Positions 18,832-28,244 of a stretch of DNA of 50,733 nucleotides are shown in pieces. Made by a program: the position numbers and the translations under genes. This stretch comes from a virus (taxonomy: Duplodnaviria; Caudoviricetes). Under the pieces are notes generated by a model that saw only the letters and a list, made by a program, of their open reading frames with translations, made no database searches and was not told the origin of the DNA. The stretch lies in the IMG/VR virus record IMGVR_UViG_3300042922_000711, positions 1 to 50,733 of that record; one strand, written 5' to 3'. The first letter of the stretch is position 1; every line of letters begins with the position of its first letter.

Positions 18832-19062
18832 GTGAAAAATACATTAGGGGATTTGAATAATCATTTGTTTGCTCAACTTGAGCGTCTCGGGGATGAGGAT
18901 CTAAAAGGTGAAGCTCTTAAAGAAGAAATGGATAGAGCTAAATCAATTGGCTATGTGGCCAAGCAGATTATAGATAACGCATCTTTAGTTTTAGAAGCGC
19001 AAAAGATGATGGATGATAAAATGAACGCCGATTTAAAATTGCCTAAGATGTTGGAGGGATAG
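18832..19062 (+). CDS. Conserved phage protein preceding HNH
   Basis: MKNTLGDLNNHLFAQLERL pattern. Confidence 0.7.
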   Translation: MKNTLGDLNNHLFAQLERLGDEDLKGEALKEEMDRAKSIGYVAKQIIDNASLVLEAQKMMDDKMNADLKLPKMLEG

Positions 19063-19065
19063 AAA

Positions 19066-19665
19066 TTGCATTTCTACACAACAAATGAAATCGAGTATCT
19101 TAGAGAAATTACGCCAAGAAGAACGAACAAAGAAATCACTGAAATGTTCAATAAGAAATTCAATTTGAATTTATCCAGAAAAGCTATCTCCGGAACTAGG
19201 AAAAGATTTGGATTCTTAACAGGTTCAGATGGGCGTTTCGAAAAAGGTCACGTACCCGCCAACAAAGGATCTAAAGGGCTCTGGAAAGGTGGTGAGAAAA
19301 CTCAATTTGCTAAAGGTCATAAACCTCACAACTGGGTACCGATTGGATCCGAGAGAATAACCAAAGACAATTACATCCAAGTCAAGATTCAAGAGGGTAA
19401 ATTTCAAAAGAACTGGAAAGGTAAGCATATCTTAATCTGGGAAGAGCATAACGGTCCGGTACCGCCGGGCCACGGTGTAATATTTGGGGATGGGAACAAT
19501 CGTAATTTTAATATTGATAATTTAATTCTAGTTTCCAGGCACCAGCTATTAGAATTAAATAGAAATAATCTCATTCAAAAGGATGCTGACCTGACGAGAA
19601 CTGCTTTATTAATAACAGACTTAAACATAAAAATGAATGCGCGAAAAAAGAAGGCGGTGAAGTGA
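19066..19665 (+). CDS. HNH endonuclease
   Basis: KHILIWEEHNGPVP...IFGDGN..N..IDNL; FxKG repeats. Confidence 0.8.
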   Translation: MHFYTTNEIEYLREITPRRTNKEITEMFNKKFNLNLSRKAISGTRKRFGFLTGSDGRFEKGHVPANKGSKGLWKGGEKTQFAKGHKPHNWVPIGSERITKDNYIQVKIQEGKFQKNWKGKHILIWEEHNGPVPPGHGVIFGDGNNRNFNIDNLILVSRHQLLELNRNNLIQKDADLTRTALLITDLNIKMNARKKKAVK

Positions 19666-19821
19666 TGAAATATTGCAGATTTACCAATGATGAATGTATC
19701 TTTAAAGATACTGATATTGATTGCAAAAGGTGTGCCTGGCGTGTTGATACCTGTATAATGTGCGGTGAAGTTATTCCTGAAGGTAGACAAGTTTGTATCA
19801 ATTGTGAAGAGAAGGTGAAAA

Positions 19822-20034
19822 ATGGCAAATAAGAATCCAAGACTTAATGACAGCGGATTACCTGATCCAACGGCATATGAAGCATTAAAGCCGATAATCA
19901 AGAACGATAATGACGTGGATAAAACAGCGCACAGCTTGATTAATACTTTGAAGTTTATTGTTGACTGGGCCGGGTTCGAGTTCATCGGAAGAATAAGAGT
20001 TAAACATAAGAAAACAGGAAGGGAATTCAAATAA
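19822..20034 (+). CDS. Hypothetical phage protein
   Basis: GLPDPTAYEA pattern; AGGTG RBS. Confidence 0.65.
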   Translation: MANKNPRLNDSGLPDPTAYEALKPIIKNDNDVDKTAHSLINTLKFIVDWAGFEFIGRIRVKHKKTGREFK

Positions 20035-20216
20035 TGAAAAAACTGATAGAAGAATTCCTCATAATATGCGGTTTGTGTGTAGTAGTTTTAATATTCTGGC
20101 AAAGGCTAGAATTGTCAACGATGGGTGAAATAACATACAGAAAAGTGGATGACATAATAGCTTCAATTTTAACTTTCTCGTTGTATATAAATCTCAAAAA
20201 TTGGAAAAGGGGATAA
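20034..20216 (+). CDS. Small membrane protein
   Basis: Two hydrophobic stretches; TAATG overlap. Confidence 0.55.
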   Translation: MKKLIEEFLIICGLCVVVLIFWQRLELSTMGEITYRKVDDIIASILTFSLYINLKNWKRG

Positions 20217-20223
20217 GAGGATT

Positions 20224-20754
20224 ATGGAAGAAAGATTTGAAAAGTTTGAAGGTTTGATGGGAAATAAAGTAACAGATAAATTCAAGGAATGGCTCATTGA
20301 AAATGGTTTTTTCACAGCTCCAGCTTCGGCAGGACATCATGGAGCATATGAGGGCGGATTGTTTGACCACTCTTACGCGGTAACTGAAACCTTGGTCAAG
20401 CTAACAAAGGATTTGAACTTACACTGGAATGTTCCAAGCTCACCTTATATTGTGGGAATGTTTCATGACTTATGTAAAATAGACGCATATAAACGTAAGT
20501 TATTCCCACTCAATAGTAGCGAGTTTGAGTATAACAAAGATGTTTTACTTCCTGGCCATGGTGAGAAATCAATAATATATCTTCAACAGCAAATGACCAT
20601 CACCGAAGAAGAGATAATGTGTATCAGGTGGCACATGGGGGCATTTGACGATAAAGAAAACTGGAAGTATTACTCAGCAGCTGTCAACAAATATCCAAAT
20701 GTTTTATATACTCACACTGCTGATATGATTGCTTCACAGATCCTGGGAGTTTAA
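20224..20754 (+). CDS. HD-domain phosphohydrolase
   Basis: TAPAS..HH...GGL..HS, FHDLCK, RWHMG, HTAD. Confidence 0.85.
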   Translation: MEERFEKFEGLMGNKVTDKFKEWLIENGFFTAPASAGHHGAYEGGLFDHSYAVTETLVKLTKDLNLHWNVPSSPYIVGMFHDLCKIDAYKRKLFPLNSSEFEYNKDVLLPGHGEKSIIYLQQQMTITEEEIMCIRWHMGAFDDKENWKYYSAAVNKYPNVLYTHTADMIASQILGV

Positions 20755-20759
20755 AGCAA

Positions 20760-21593
20760 GTGAAGATATTAAGTTGCGGGGCAGGAATGCAGTCAACAGC
20801 GTTGGCGTTGATGTCGTGCGAGAATAAATCAAAAGGAAATATTCATCCACTTGTTCCAATCTATGATGCAATTATATTTTGCGATCTCGGGAAAGAACCA
20901 CCTTGGGTTTATGACCAGGTCAAATTCATAATGAATGCATGTGACGCGGTTGGAATTCCATTCTATATTTTGGACACCCATCTTTATGATGATTATGTCG
21001 ATAATTTTGGAAAGAACAGAGTGGTTTCAATACCATTTTGGACAGTTGATGAAGATGGAAAGAAAGGAAAGATGATGCGAAACTGCACATTGGATTATAA
21101 AATTAATGCTATTCAGAAGTTTGTGAAACATGAACTGTTGGGTTACAAGAAGTATGAAAGAATTAAGCCACACGATATTAAAGCACATGAAATGCACATT
21201 GGTTTCAGCGTGGAAGAAAAAAGCAGGTGTAGCGAAAACCCACATAAAATGTTCGTTAATAAATTTCCATTGATTGAGCTTCAACATGAACGAAAACATA
21301 ACTTTGCATACATCAAGGATGTTTGGGGATTAGAAACAAAAGCAAGTGCTTGTAACATTTGTCCGTTTCATAGGAATTATTTCTTCAAACATCTAAAAGA
21401 GAATCATCCGAAAGAGTATCAAGAAGTTATTAAACTGGATCATATCCTTGAAGAAAGACAGCCTGATACAAAAATTAGAAGTAAACTTTATATTTCGAGA
21501 TCAAGAAAGAGAATCAAAGATTTGACAGATGAAGAATGTAATGATGTAGAGACATTTCTTTACAAAGAGCAAATAATTTGGAATGGATTTTGA
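20760..21593 (+). CDS. PAPS-reductase-like / adenine-nucleotide alpha-hydrolase protein
   Basis: LSCGAGMQST PP-loop-like start, FCDLGKE, CTLDYKI, SACNICPF. Confidence 0.7.
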   Translation: MKILSCGAGMQSTALALMSCENKSKGNIHPLVPIYDAIIFCDLGKEPPWVYDQVKFIMNACDAVGIPFYILDTHLYDDYVDNFGKNRVVSIPFWTVDEDGKKGKMMRNCTLDYKINAIQKFVKHELLGYKKYERIKPHDIKAHEMHIGFSVEEKSRCSENPHKMFVNKFPLIELQHERKHNFAYIKDVWGLETKASACNICPFHRNYFFKHLKENHPKEYQEVIKLDHILEERQPDTKIRSKLYISRSRKRIKDLTDEECNDVETFLYKEQIIWNGF

Positions 21594-21718
21594 TAAGGGG
21601 AGTGTAATTATGAAAAAGCTTAAATATTATTACCAATGCGCGAAGTGGTTGTGGAAGAACAGAAATTGGACGGGCTCCAGACAGAAGTACAGAGCAATGG
21701 AAAGGGAGTTGAAGAAGT

Positions 21719-21931
21719 ATGAATAACAGTGTAGTGTGCGTGCCAAGTAAATCAGTTAAATATTTAGAAAATATAATGCTTGTAAATGAGATGCTGCGTG
21801 AAAGCGTTGAGAAACAAAACACATATAGAGCGTTCAACAAGCTTAAAAAACGCACCGTTAAAAAGTCAGCTAACCCTAAAAAGAAGGCCAAGAGGAAAAT
21901 TAAGCAAGCAAGTCAGAAAAGGAATAGGTGA
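21719..21931 (+). CDS. Small basic hypothetical protein
   Basis: GGGAG RBS; Lys-rich C-terminus. Confidence 0.45.
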   Translation: MNNSVVCVPSKSVKYLENIMLVNEMLRESVEKQNTYRAFNKLKKRTVKKSANPKKKAKRKIKQASQKRNR

Positions 21932-21935
21932 CACC

Positions 21936-22217
21936 ATGACGCGTGAAGACATAATAAGCATTATAAGGCAGGCAATGGACCTTCTTGACCTAAGAGTCAA
22001 AGGAAGAGTGATAATAACACCTTGCGCAGTTGGTGATTACATCAGGACAAAATACGACGATGAAGTTTTAAGAGTTGACGGATTCACAACATATGGTGAT
22101 GACTTAAAAGTTTGGTGCGAAGGTGAAAGCGAAAATGAAGATTATACAGAATTTGAGCTTAGTGAAATAACAGAATTTATTCCAAGGGAGAAATATAATG
22201 AAACCAATAAGAACTAA
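21936..22217 (+). CDS. Hypothetical protein
   Basis: AGGTG RBS before ATG (MTREDIIS...) within ORF 21786-22217. Confidence 0.55.
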   Translation: MTREDIISIIRQAMDLLDLRVKGRVIITPCAVGDYIRTKYDDEVLRVDGFTTYGDDLKVWCEGESENEDYTEFELSEITEFIPREKYNETNKN

Positions 22218-22464
22218 TACAGCAAACAGGACTTACACCGGGGAAGGCTGCATACCATTACCAGCTACAGCGATACAATACAGTGATGGAAAGGTAGGGG
22301 TAGAGACGTGCTTTGAACTCACAGATGAGGAATTGGAGCAGGTGCAGAAGTCAAAGCACATATATGTAACCTTTGCCGGACAGTCAATTATACCGTTTAT
22401 GGTGCATACCGAAACTCACACAGCGGTTCAAGATGAGTTCAAGATGGTTCAAGATGAAAAATAG
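22198..22464 (+). CDS. Hypothetical protein whose C-terminus is encoded by array R
   Basis: GGGAG RBS; ends AVQDEFKMVQDEK. Confidence 0.6.
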   Translation: MKPIRTNTANRTYTGEGCIPLPATAIQYSDGKVGVETCFELTDEELEQVQKSKHIYVTFAGQSIIPFMVHTETHTAVQDEFKMVQDEK

Positions 22465-22760
22465 TCATCTTGAACCGGTTCAAACGAAGTAGCAGTAATG
22501 GTTGTGTGTCTCGGGTTCAAGATGGTTCAAGATACTTTTGAGTTCTTTATATATAGGGTGTAAAATCATTAAAATTTAATGATTTTCAAAAATATAATAT
22601 ATAGTATAAAAACTAAGTTGAACTTGAACTGCAAAATTTAACAATCAGCAAGCATATTGAAATTTAAACAAAATTAGCGGTTCAAGATTAAGTTTAAAAA
22701 TAGGGTTGATCTTGAACCCATCTTGAACCAAGTTGAACCTGTTGAAATTTCAACAAATAT
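22425..22760 (+). repeat. Iteron-like array R; candidate replication origin
   Basis: About 13 GTTCAA/TTGAAC hexamers in mostly opposite orientation on either side of the 25-bp palindrome AAAATCATTAAA-A-TTTAATGATTTT (22562-22586). Confidence 0.85.
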
Positions 22761-22782
22761 CAATAGAAAGGGTATTGAATTA

Positions 22783-23349
22783 ATGTCGAAAAAATCAAAA
22801 ATTATAGAAAAAGACGATAAAACAATAGAGAATTACATAGATGAAACGGTGAAAAAAACTGTAGCAGAAATTAAGCGACAAAGCATGTTGAAAAACAACA
22901 GACAAACACCATTTCAGAAGACAGAAACGCTTTTATATAATTATAACAATTATAAATCGGCCATAAAAGACAAGTACGAGCAGATTAATAGTATTCAATG
23001 CTTAGGTATTTCGAAGAAGTCTTCGAGTATAACATCATATTCATCAGGTCCAATATACGATATTAAAGATGATGATGATAAAGCAGAAGAGCAAATTATT
23101 TCAATAATAAACAGCATAAGAATTACTGAGAACTTTATCAAAATAATTGATTATGCAATTGATACTCTGAAGGATGATGAGTATTCGGACATAATAAGGC
23201 TAAAGTACTTTGAAGAAAAGAGCCGGGAAGAAATTGCAGAAATATTTGATTGTGATCCTTCGACAATCAGCAGAAATAAAAATAGGCTTATAAATTTGTT
23301 GCAGATCAGATTATTTTCAGATGAGGTTATCTGTCAATTATTTAATTAA
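22783..23349 (+). CDS. Late transcriptional activator (ArpU/RinA-like, sigma-70 region 4 HTH)
   Basis: IIRLKYFE..SREEIAEIF..D.STISR C-terminal HTH; last gene before terminase; GAAAGGG RBS. Confidence 0.75.
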   Translation: MSKKSKIIEKDDKTIENYIDETVKKTVAEIKRQSMLKNNRQTPFQKTETLLYNYNNYKSAIKDKYEQINSIQCLGISKKSSSITSYSSGPIYDIKDDDDKAEEQIISIINSIRITENFIKIIDYAIDTLKDDEYSDIIRLKYFEEKSREEIAEIFDCDPSTISRNKNRLINLLQIRLFSDEVICQLFN

Positions 23350-23405
23350 TGCACAAACCGTGCAATATTGACGCACTTGACGTGTATTAATATTAATTAT
23401 AAAAT
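23350..23405 (+). promoter_or_regulatory. Putative late promoter
   Basis: TTGACG-17-TAAAAT (23377-23405) preceded by three (T/C)GCA(C/A) repeats at about 11-bp spacing. Confidence 0.55.
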
Positions 23406-23523
23406 GTTATTAGTTAATATTATAAATAATATTATAAATAATATTAAATTTCAAAACACCCGTGAGGGTGTTTTTTCTGTTTGAAAGAGCGCACGCCTCC
23501 TAAAATAAAGATGCGCTCTTTTA

Positions 23524-23557
23524 ATATTACCCTCTGCATCGATGCAGAGGGTAATAT
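23524..23557. repeat. Perfect 34-bp palindrome
   Basis: ATATTACCCTCTGCATC|GATGCAGAGGGTAATAT, no spacer. Confidence 0.95.
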
Positions 23558-23640
23558 ATATCATTGAGGCTAGGGGAGCGTAAGCGTGGGAGCTGATATA
23601 TTAAAGATTATAGTTTAAAATAGAAAGGTAGGTGAGCCGA

Positions 23641-24174
23641 ATGGCTAAAGGCAAGTACGAATACTGGTTAACACCTGAAGGCTTGCTTAAACTTGAAGCC
23701 TGGGCTAGAGACGGGTTAACTGATGAACAAATAGCGTCAAATATGGGTATAACAAGAAAAACATTGTTTAATTGGAAAGAGAAGTATTTACCCATTTTAC
23801 ACACCCTAAAAAGGGGTAAAGATGTTGTTGATATCGAAGTTGAAAATGCACTGTTAAAACGTGCTTTAGGTTATTCGTATGAAGAAAAGACTTGGGAACC
23901 AGTGACAACATACAGAAAAGAGTTTGATGATGACGGAAATGAAATACAGATTCCTGAAATAAGAGAAGTACTCACAAAGAGAGTCTTAAAACATCAGGTC
24001 CCGGATACAACAGCACAAATCTTTTGGTTGAAGAATAGGAAACCTAAAGAATGGAGAGATAAACAAGAGTTACAATATTCAGGCGAAGTGAACATTACTG
24101 ATCCATACGATGAGTTGACAGTTGATGAATTAAAAAAATTAGTAAAATTATGTGATGAGAATGAAGAAGCCTAA
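23641..24174 (+). CDS. terS: Terminase small subunit
   Basis: WARDGLTDEQIA HTH, VENALLKRALG, PDTTAQIFWLKNR; precedes TerL. Confidence 0.85.
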   Translation: MAKGKYEYWLTPEGLLKLEAWARDGLTDEQIASNMGITRKTLFNWKEKYLPILHTLKRGKDVVDIEVENALLKRALGYSYEEKTWEPVTTYRKEFDDDGNEIQIPEIREVLTKRVLKHQVPDTTAQIFWLKNRKPKEWRDKQELQYSGEVNITDPYDELTVDELKKLVKLCDENEEA

Positions 24175-25561
24175 TGGTATAAAAATTAAGAAGTCATTAG
24201 CAAGAAAAGATTTTTTTTCGTATTGCAACATTAAAGCGCCTGATTTTTATAAAGATAATAGAAAATACCTCATTGAGTTCTGCAAGGACCTCCAGGAGTT
24301 TTATGAATCCGATGATGAGGTCGGTATAATTAATTTACCGCCTCGACATGGTAAGTCAAGAACGGCAGGGCTGTTTGTTGAATGGATCCTGGGGAATCAC
24401 CCGGAAGAAAAAATAATGACAGGCTCATACAATGAAACACTGTCAACTATGTTTTCGAAGAGTGTTAGAAATAACATCCAGGAAGAGAAAGCAGATGAAG
24501 ATAAAATTGTTTATTCTGATATCTTCCCGGAAACAAAGATAAAACGTGGTGATGGAGCCATGAACTTATGGAGCTTGGAAGGTGGATATAATAATTACCT
24601 GGCCACATCTCCAACCGGTACAGCTACAGGATTTGGTTGTTCACTGATGATTATAGATGACTTAATTAAATCAGCTCTGGAAGCAAACAACGCTGATGTG
24701 CTTGAAAAGCACTGGGAATGGTTTACTAATACAATGCTGTCACGTCTTGAAGAAGGTGGCAAGATACTCATTGTAATGACCAGGTGGCACAGTTTAGATT
24801 TAGCCGGAAGAGCTTTAAAGCACTTCACTGAAGTTGGTGCAAAGATTAAGCACATAACCATGAAAGCAATCCAGGATGATGGTTCAATGCTTTGTCCTGA
24901 AATACTCTCCAAGAGATCTGCTGAGAATAAGAAAAAAGCCATGGGGCTTGATATATTCAGTGCCAACTACCAGCAGGAGCCAATTGACATTAAAGGTCGA
25001 TTATATACAAGCTTCAAGACTTACAAAGAGCTGCCTAAAGATGAAAAGGGTAACTTGGTATATACAGCAATTAAGAACTACACAGATACAGCTGACACAG
25101 GCGATGACTTCTTGTGCAGCGTTGATTATATAGAATACAGAAAAGAAGCTTATGTTATTAACGTGCTTTACACGAAAGACGGCATGGAAATAACAGAGCC
25201 GGCAACTGCTAAGATGCTCCATGAAGACAATGTGGATATAGCTGACATTGAATCAAATAATGGTGGTAGAGGGTTCGCGCGTTCGGTGGAACGCATACTG
25301 AAAGAAAAACATAAGAGTAATAAAACAAGAATTCAACCTTTCCATCAATCTAAGAATAAACAATCAAGGATCCTTTCCAATGCAACCTGGGTAATGGATC
25401 ATATTTATTTTCCGATAAATTGGGCTGATAAGTGGCCTGAATATTATGAAGCAATGAGCAAGTACCAGAAGGAAGGTAAGAACCTTCACGATGATGCTCC
25501 GGACTGTACAACCGGCATTGCTGAAAAGATAGGACAAGGTAATACATTTAGTTTTGACTAA
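24152..25561 (+). CDS. terL: Terminase large subunit
   Basis: PPRHGKS Walker A, IIDD Walker B, MTRW, YQQEP, HDDAPD. Confidence 0.95.
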   Translation: MMRMKKPNGIKIKKSLARKDFFSYCNIKAPDFYKDNRKYLIEFCKDLQEFYESDDEVGIINLPPRHGKSRTAGLFVEWILGNHPEEKIMTGSYNETLSTMFSKSVRNNIQEEKADEDKIVYSDIFPETKIKRGDGAMNLWSLEGGYNNYLATSPTGTATGFGCSLMIIDDLIKSALEANNADVLEKHWEWFTNTMLSRLEEGGKILIVMTRWHSLDLAGRALKHFTEVGAKIKHITMKAIQDDGSMLCPEILSKRSAENKKKAMGLDIFSANYQQEPIDIKGRLYTSFKTYKELPKDEKGNLVYTAIKNYTDTADTGDDFLCSVDYIEYRKEAYVINVLYTKDGMEITEPATAKMLHEDNVDIADIESNNGGRGFARSVERILKEKHKSNKTRIQPFHQSKNKQSRILSNATWVMDHIYFPINWADKWPEYYEAMSKYQKEGKNLHDDAPDCTTGIAEKIGQGNTFSFD

Positions 25562-25595
25562 CAAATAAAAATACTCTTGCAAGAGGTGAAAAACA

Positions 25596-27065
25596 ATGTT
25601 TGATTTCAATATATTCAACATTAAGAATGCTGCTAAGACTTCAATGACAAGATTGGAATTCTTTGAAGCTGAAATAAAGAAGTTTAAGAGCTCACAAAAG
25701 AGAAAAGATATGTTTACCGGGGAAAGGTATTACAGTGGTGAACATGATATCTTGAACAGAAAAAGAGAGATAATTGGTGAAGATGGTTCGCTCGTTGAAG
25801 TTTATAATCTTCCTAACAACAGGATAGTGGACAATCAGTATGCCAAGATGGTTGACCAGAAGACTAATTATTTTCTGGGTAAGCCTATAACCTTTAAGAC
25901 CGATAATAAAGAATATTCTAAGCAGCTGGAAGTTATATTCAATAAAAAGTTCCAAAGAACACTTAAGAACTTGGGTGAAAGCTCATTCAATGGTGGTATT
26001 GCTTATTTATATCCATATTATAACGATAAGGGCGATATAGCATTCAAAATATTCTATCCGAATGAGGGGCTACCGTTCTGGAAGGATGCAGAGCATACAG
26101 AGCTTGACTGCTTCATTCGTATTTATCCGGTAGAAGCTTATGAGGGTGCAAGAGATGTTATAATTGAAAAGGTTGAAATATATACTACTGAGGGAATTGA
26201 AAGATATGTCTTAAAGGACAACAAGTTAATTGCTGATGTGGAAGAACCTTCATCCACTCATTTCAAGGTTGAAGATACTGAAGGTAAAGAGTCCGGATTG
26301 AACTGGGAAAGAGTTCCAGTTATAGCTTTCAAATATAACAACAAAGAAATTCCATTAATCAAACGTGTTAAATGCTTGCAAGATGGTATCAACACAATTA
26401 TTTCCGACTTTGAAAACAACATGCAGGAAGATGCACGAAATACAATACTGATTCTTAAGAACTATGATGGAACTAACTTAGGTGAGTTCAGACGTAACCT
26501 GGCACAGTTCGGAGCTGTTAAAGTTAAGACAGTTGATGGTGCCGATGGAGCAGTTGACACGTTAGAAATTAATGTTAATGCTGAAAACTACAAAGTAATT
26601 CTTGATATATTTAAAAAGGCATTGATTGAGAATGCCAGGGGTTATGATGCTAAAGATGAAAGGATGAACAACAATCCTAACCAGATGAATATCCAATCAA
26701 TGTATAGTGATATTGACCTGGATGCAAATGGTATGGAAACAGAATGGCAAGCGTCGTTTGAAGAACTATTATGGTTCATTAGCGTACACTTAACTAATTC
26801 CGGAAAAGGTGACTTCACTAACGAACAGGTGGAGGTAATATTCAACCGTGATGTTTTAATCAATGAATCTGAAGCAATTACAAACTGTAAAAACTCAGTT
26901 GGCGTTATCTCAAATGAGACTATTGTTTCTCAACATCCATGGATCAATGACAATGAAGAAGAGTTAAAACGTATCAAAGAGGAAAAGCAAGATGAGATTG
27001 ATAAACTTTATGGTCAAACTCTAATTGATCCTTTAGGCGGTGATGAAGGTGGCCAAGAAGACTAA
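25596..27065 (+). CDS. SPP1-type portal protein
   Basis: RYYSGEHDI, NNRI..N...MVDQK..Y..GKP, WERVP; follows TerL. Confidence 0.9.
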   Translation: MFDFNIFNIKNAAKTSMTRLEFFEAEIKKFKSSQKRKDMFTGERYYSGEHDILNRKREIIGEDGSLVEVYNLPNNRIVDNQYAKMVDQKTNYFLGKPITFKTDNKEYSKQLEVIFNKKFQRTLKNLGESSFNGGIAYLYPYYNDKGDIAFKIFYPNEGLPFWKDAEHTELDCFIRIYPVEAYEGARDVIIEKVEIYTTEGIERYVLKDNKLIADVEEPSSTHFKVEDTEGKESGLNWERVPVIAFKYNNKEIPLIKRVKCLQDGINTIISDFENNMQEDARNTILILKNYDGTNLGEFRRNLAQFGAVKVKTVDGADGAVDTLEINVNAENYKVILDIFKKALIENARGYDAKDERMNNNPNQMNIQSMYSDIDLDANGMETEWQASFEELLWFISVHLTNSGKGDFTNEQVEVIFNRDVLINESEAITNCKNSVGVISNETIVSQHPWINDNEEELKRIKEEKQDEIDKLYGQTLIDPLGGDEGGQED

Positions 27066-28095
27066 TAAGTACTGGCAGCGTAGATTTTTAATGATTAAAG
27101 AAGCTCAAGAGAAAAAAGATAAAAAGCTTTATAATGATATTATCCATGAGTTCAAGCTCACATCGAGAAAGATTGATGATGAAATAAATAAGTGGTATGG
27201 CCGATTTGCGGTCAATAATGAAATATCATTTACCGAAGCTAAAAAGATGCTCAATATTGATGAGCTTGAAGAGTTTCACTGGACGGTTCAAGAATACATA
27301 AAACTTGGTAAAGAAAATGCCATGAATCAACAGTGGATGAAAGAGCTCGAAAATGCTTCAGTTAAGGTCCATATATCAAGATTGCAGGTGCTTAAATTTC
27401 AAGTGCAACATCACATCGAAGTGCTTCATGATAAGCAGCTTAAGGATGTTGATATTCTTTTAAGAAATACATTTGAAGACACCTATTATCACACAGCGTA
27501 TGAAATACAACGCGGTTTTAATTTAGGATGGAATCTTCATCAGTTCAGTAATGAAGAGCTGTCAAACGTCATATTTAAGCCCTGGACAGTAGATAACAAA
27601 ACATTCAGTGATAGAATATGGGTGAATAAGCAGGACCTGATAAGCACACTGCACAGGGAAATGACTCAAAGTATAATCCGGGGTGAAGGTCCTAAAAACA
27701 TAATAGCAGCCGTGAGGGAATTACTTGGAGCTGAAGACAAAAGGAAAGCAACATACAAAGCTGGAAGATTAGTAATGACTGAATCAGCATTCTTCTCAAG
27801 CGCAGCTCAACAGAAATGCTTTAATGATCTTGACGTGGAAAAGTTTGAAGTTGTTGCAACCTTGGATGGCCGTACTTCTGAAATATGCCAGGACATAGAC
27901 GGTGACATATTCGACATGAAAGATTATGAAATTGGTGTTACTGCACCGCCATTTCATGTTTGGTGCAGGACAACAACTGTTCCATACTTTGAAGATAACT
28001 ATACTGAAAGAGCTGCCAGAGGAGTTGACGGAAAAGTATATTATGTAGACGGAAACATGAAATATGCTGAATGGAAAGAATTATTTGTAATATAG
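27040..28095 (+). CDS. Minor capsid / MuF (SPP1 gp7-like) protein
   Basis: FSDRIW, RLVMTE, ATLDGRTS..C, PPFHVWCR. Confidence 0.9.
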   Translation: MMKVAKKTNKYWQRRFLMIKEAQEKKDKKLYNDIIHEFKLTSRKIDDEINKWYGRFAVNNEISFTEAKKMLNIDELEEFHWTVQEYIKLGKENAMNQQWMKELENASVKVHISRLQVLKFQVQHHIEVLHDKQLKDVDILLRNTFEDTYYHTAYEIQRGFNLGWNLHQFSNEELSNVIFKPWTVDNKTFSDRIWVNKQDLISTLHREMTQSIIRGEGPKNIIAAVRELLGAEDKRKATYKAGRLVMTESAFFSSAAQQKCFNDLDVEKFEVVATLDGRTSEICQDIDGDIFDMKDYEIGVTAPPFHVWCRTTTVPYFEDNYTERAARGVDGKVYYVDGNMKYAEWKELFVI

Positions 28096-28105
28096 GAGAC
28101 AGTTT

Positions 28106-28192
28106 ATGTTGAATGTTATATCGTCTGGTTTAATAATTTTAGTTTTTATACTTTGGGCAATTGCTGCTATAATTGTAATTCTAAAATATTGA
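28106..28192 (+). CDS. 28-aa hydrophobic peptide (not in ORF track)
   Basis: AGGAG RBS; MLNVISSGLIILVFILWAIAAIIVILKY*. Confidence 0.5.
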   Translation: MLNVISSGLIILVFILWAIAAIIVILKY

Positions 28193-28244
28193 TTTGTAAT
28201 ATAGTTAAATATTGGCTATAATATTACCAAAGGGAGGTAATATT

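Noticed and set aside
23524-23557. Protelomerase telRL site of a linear plasmid prophage
   Set aside because: No protelomerase-like ORF, and the phage has a standard integrase; kept only as an unexplained palindrome.
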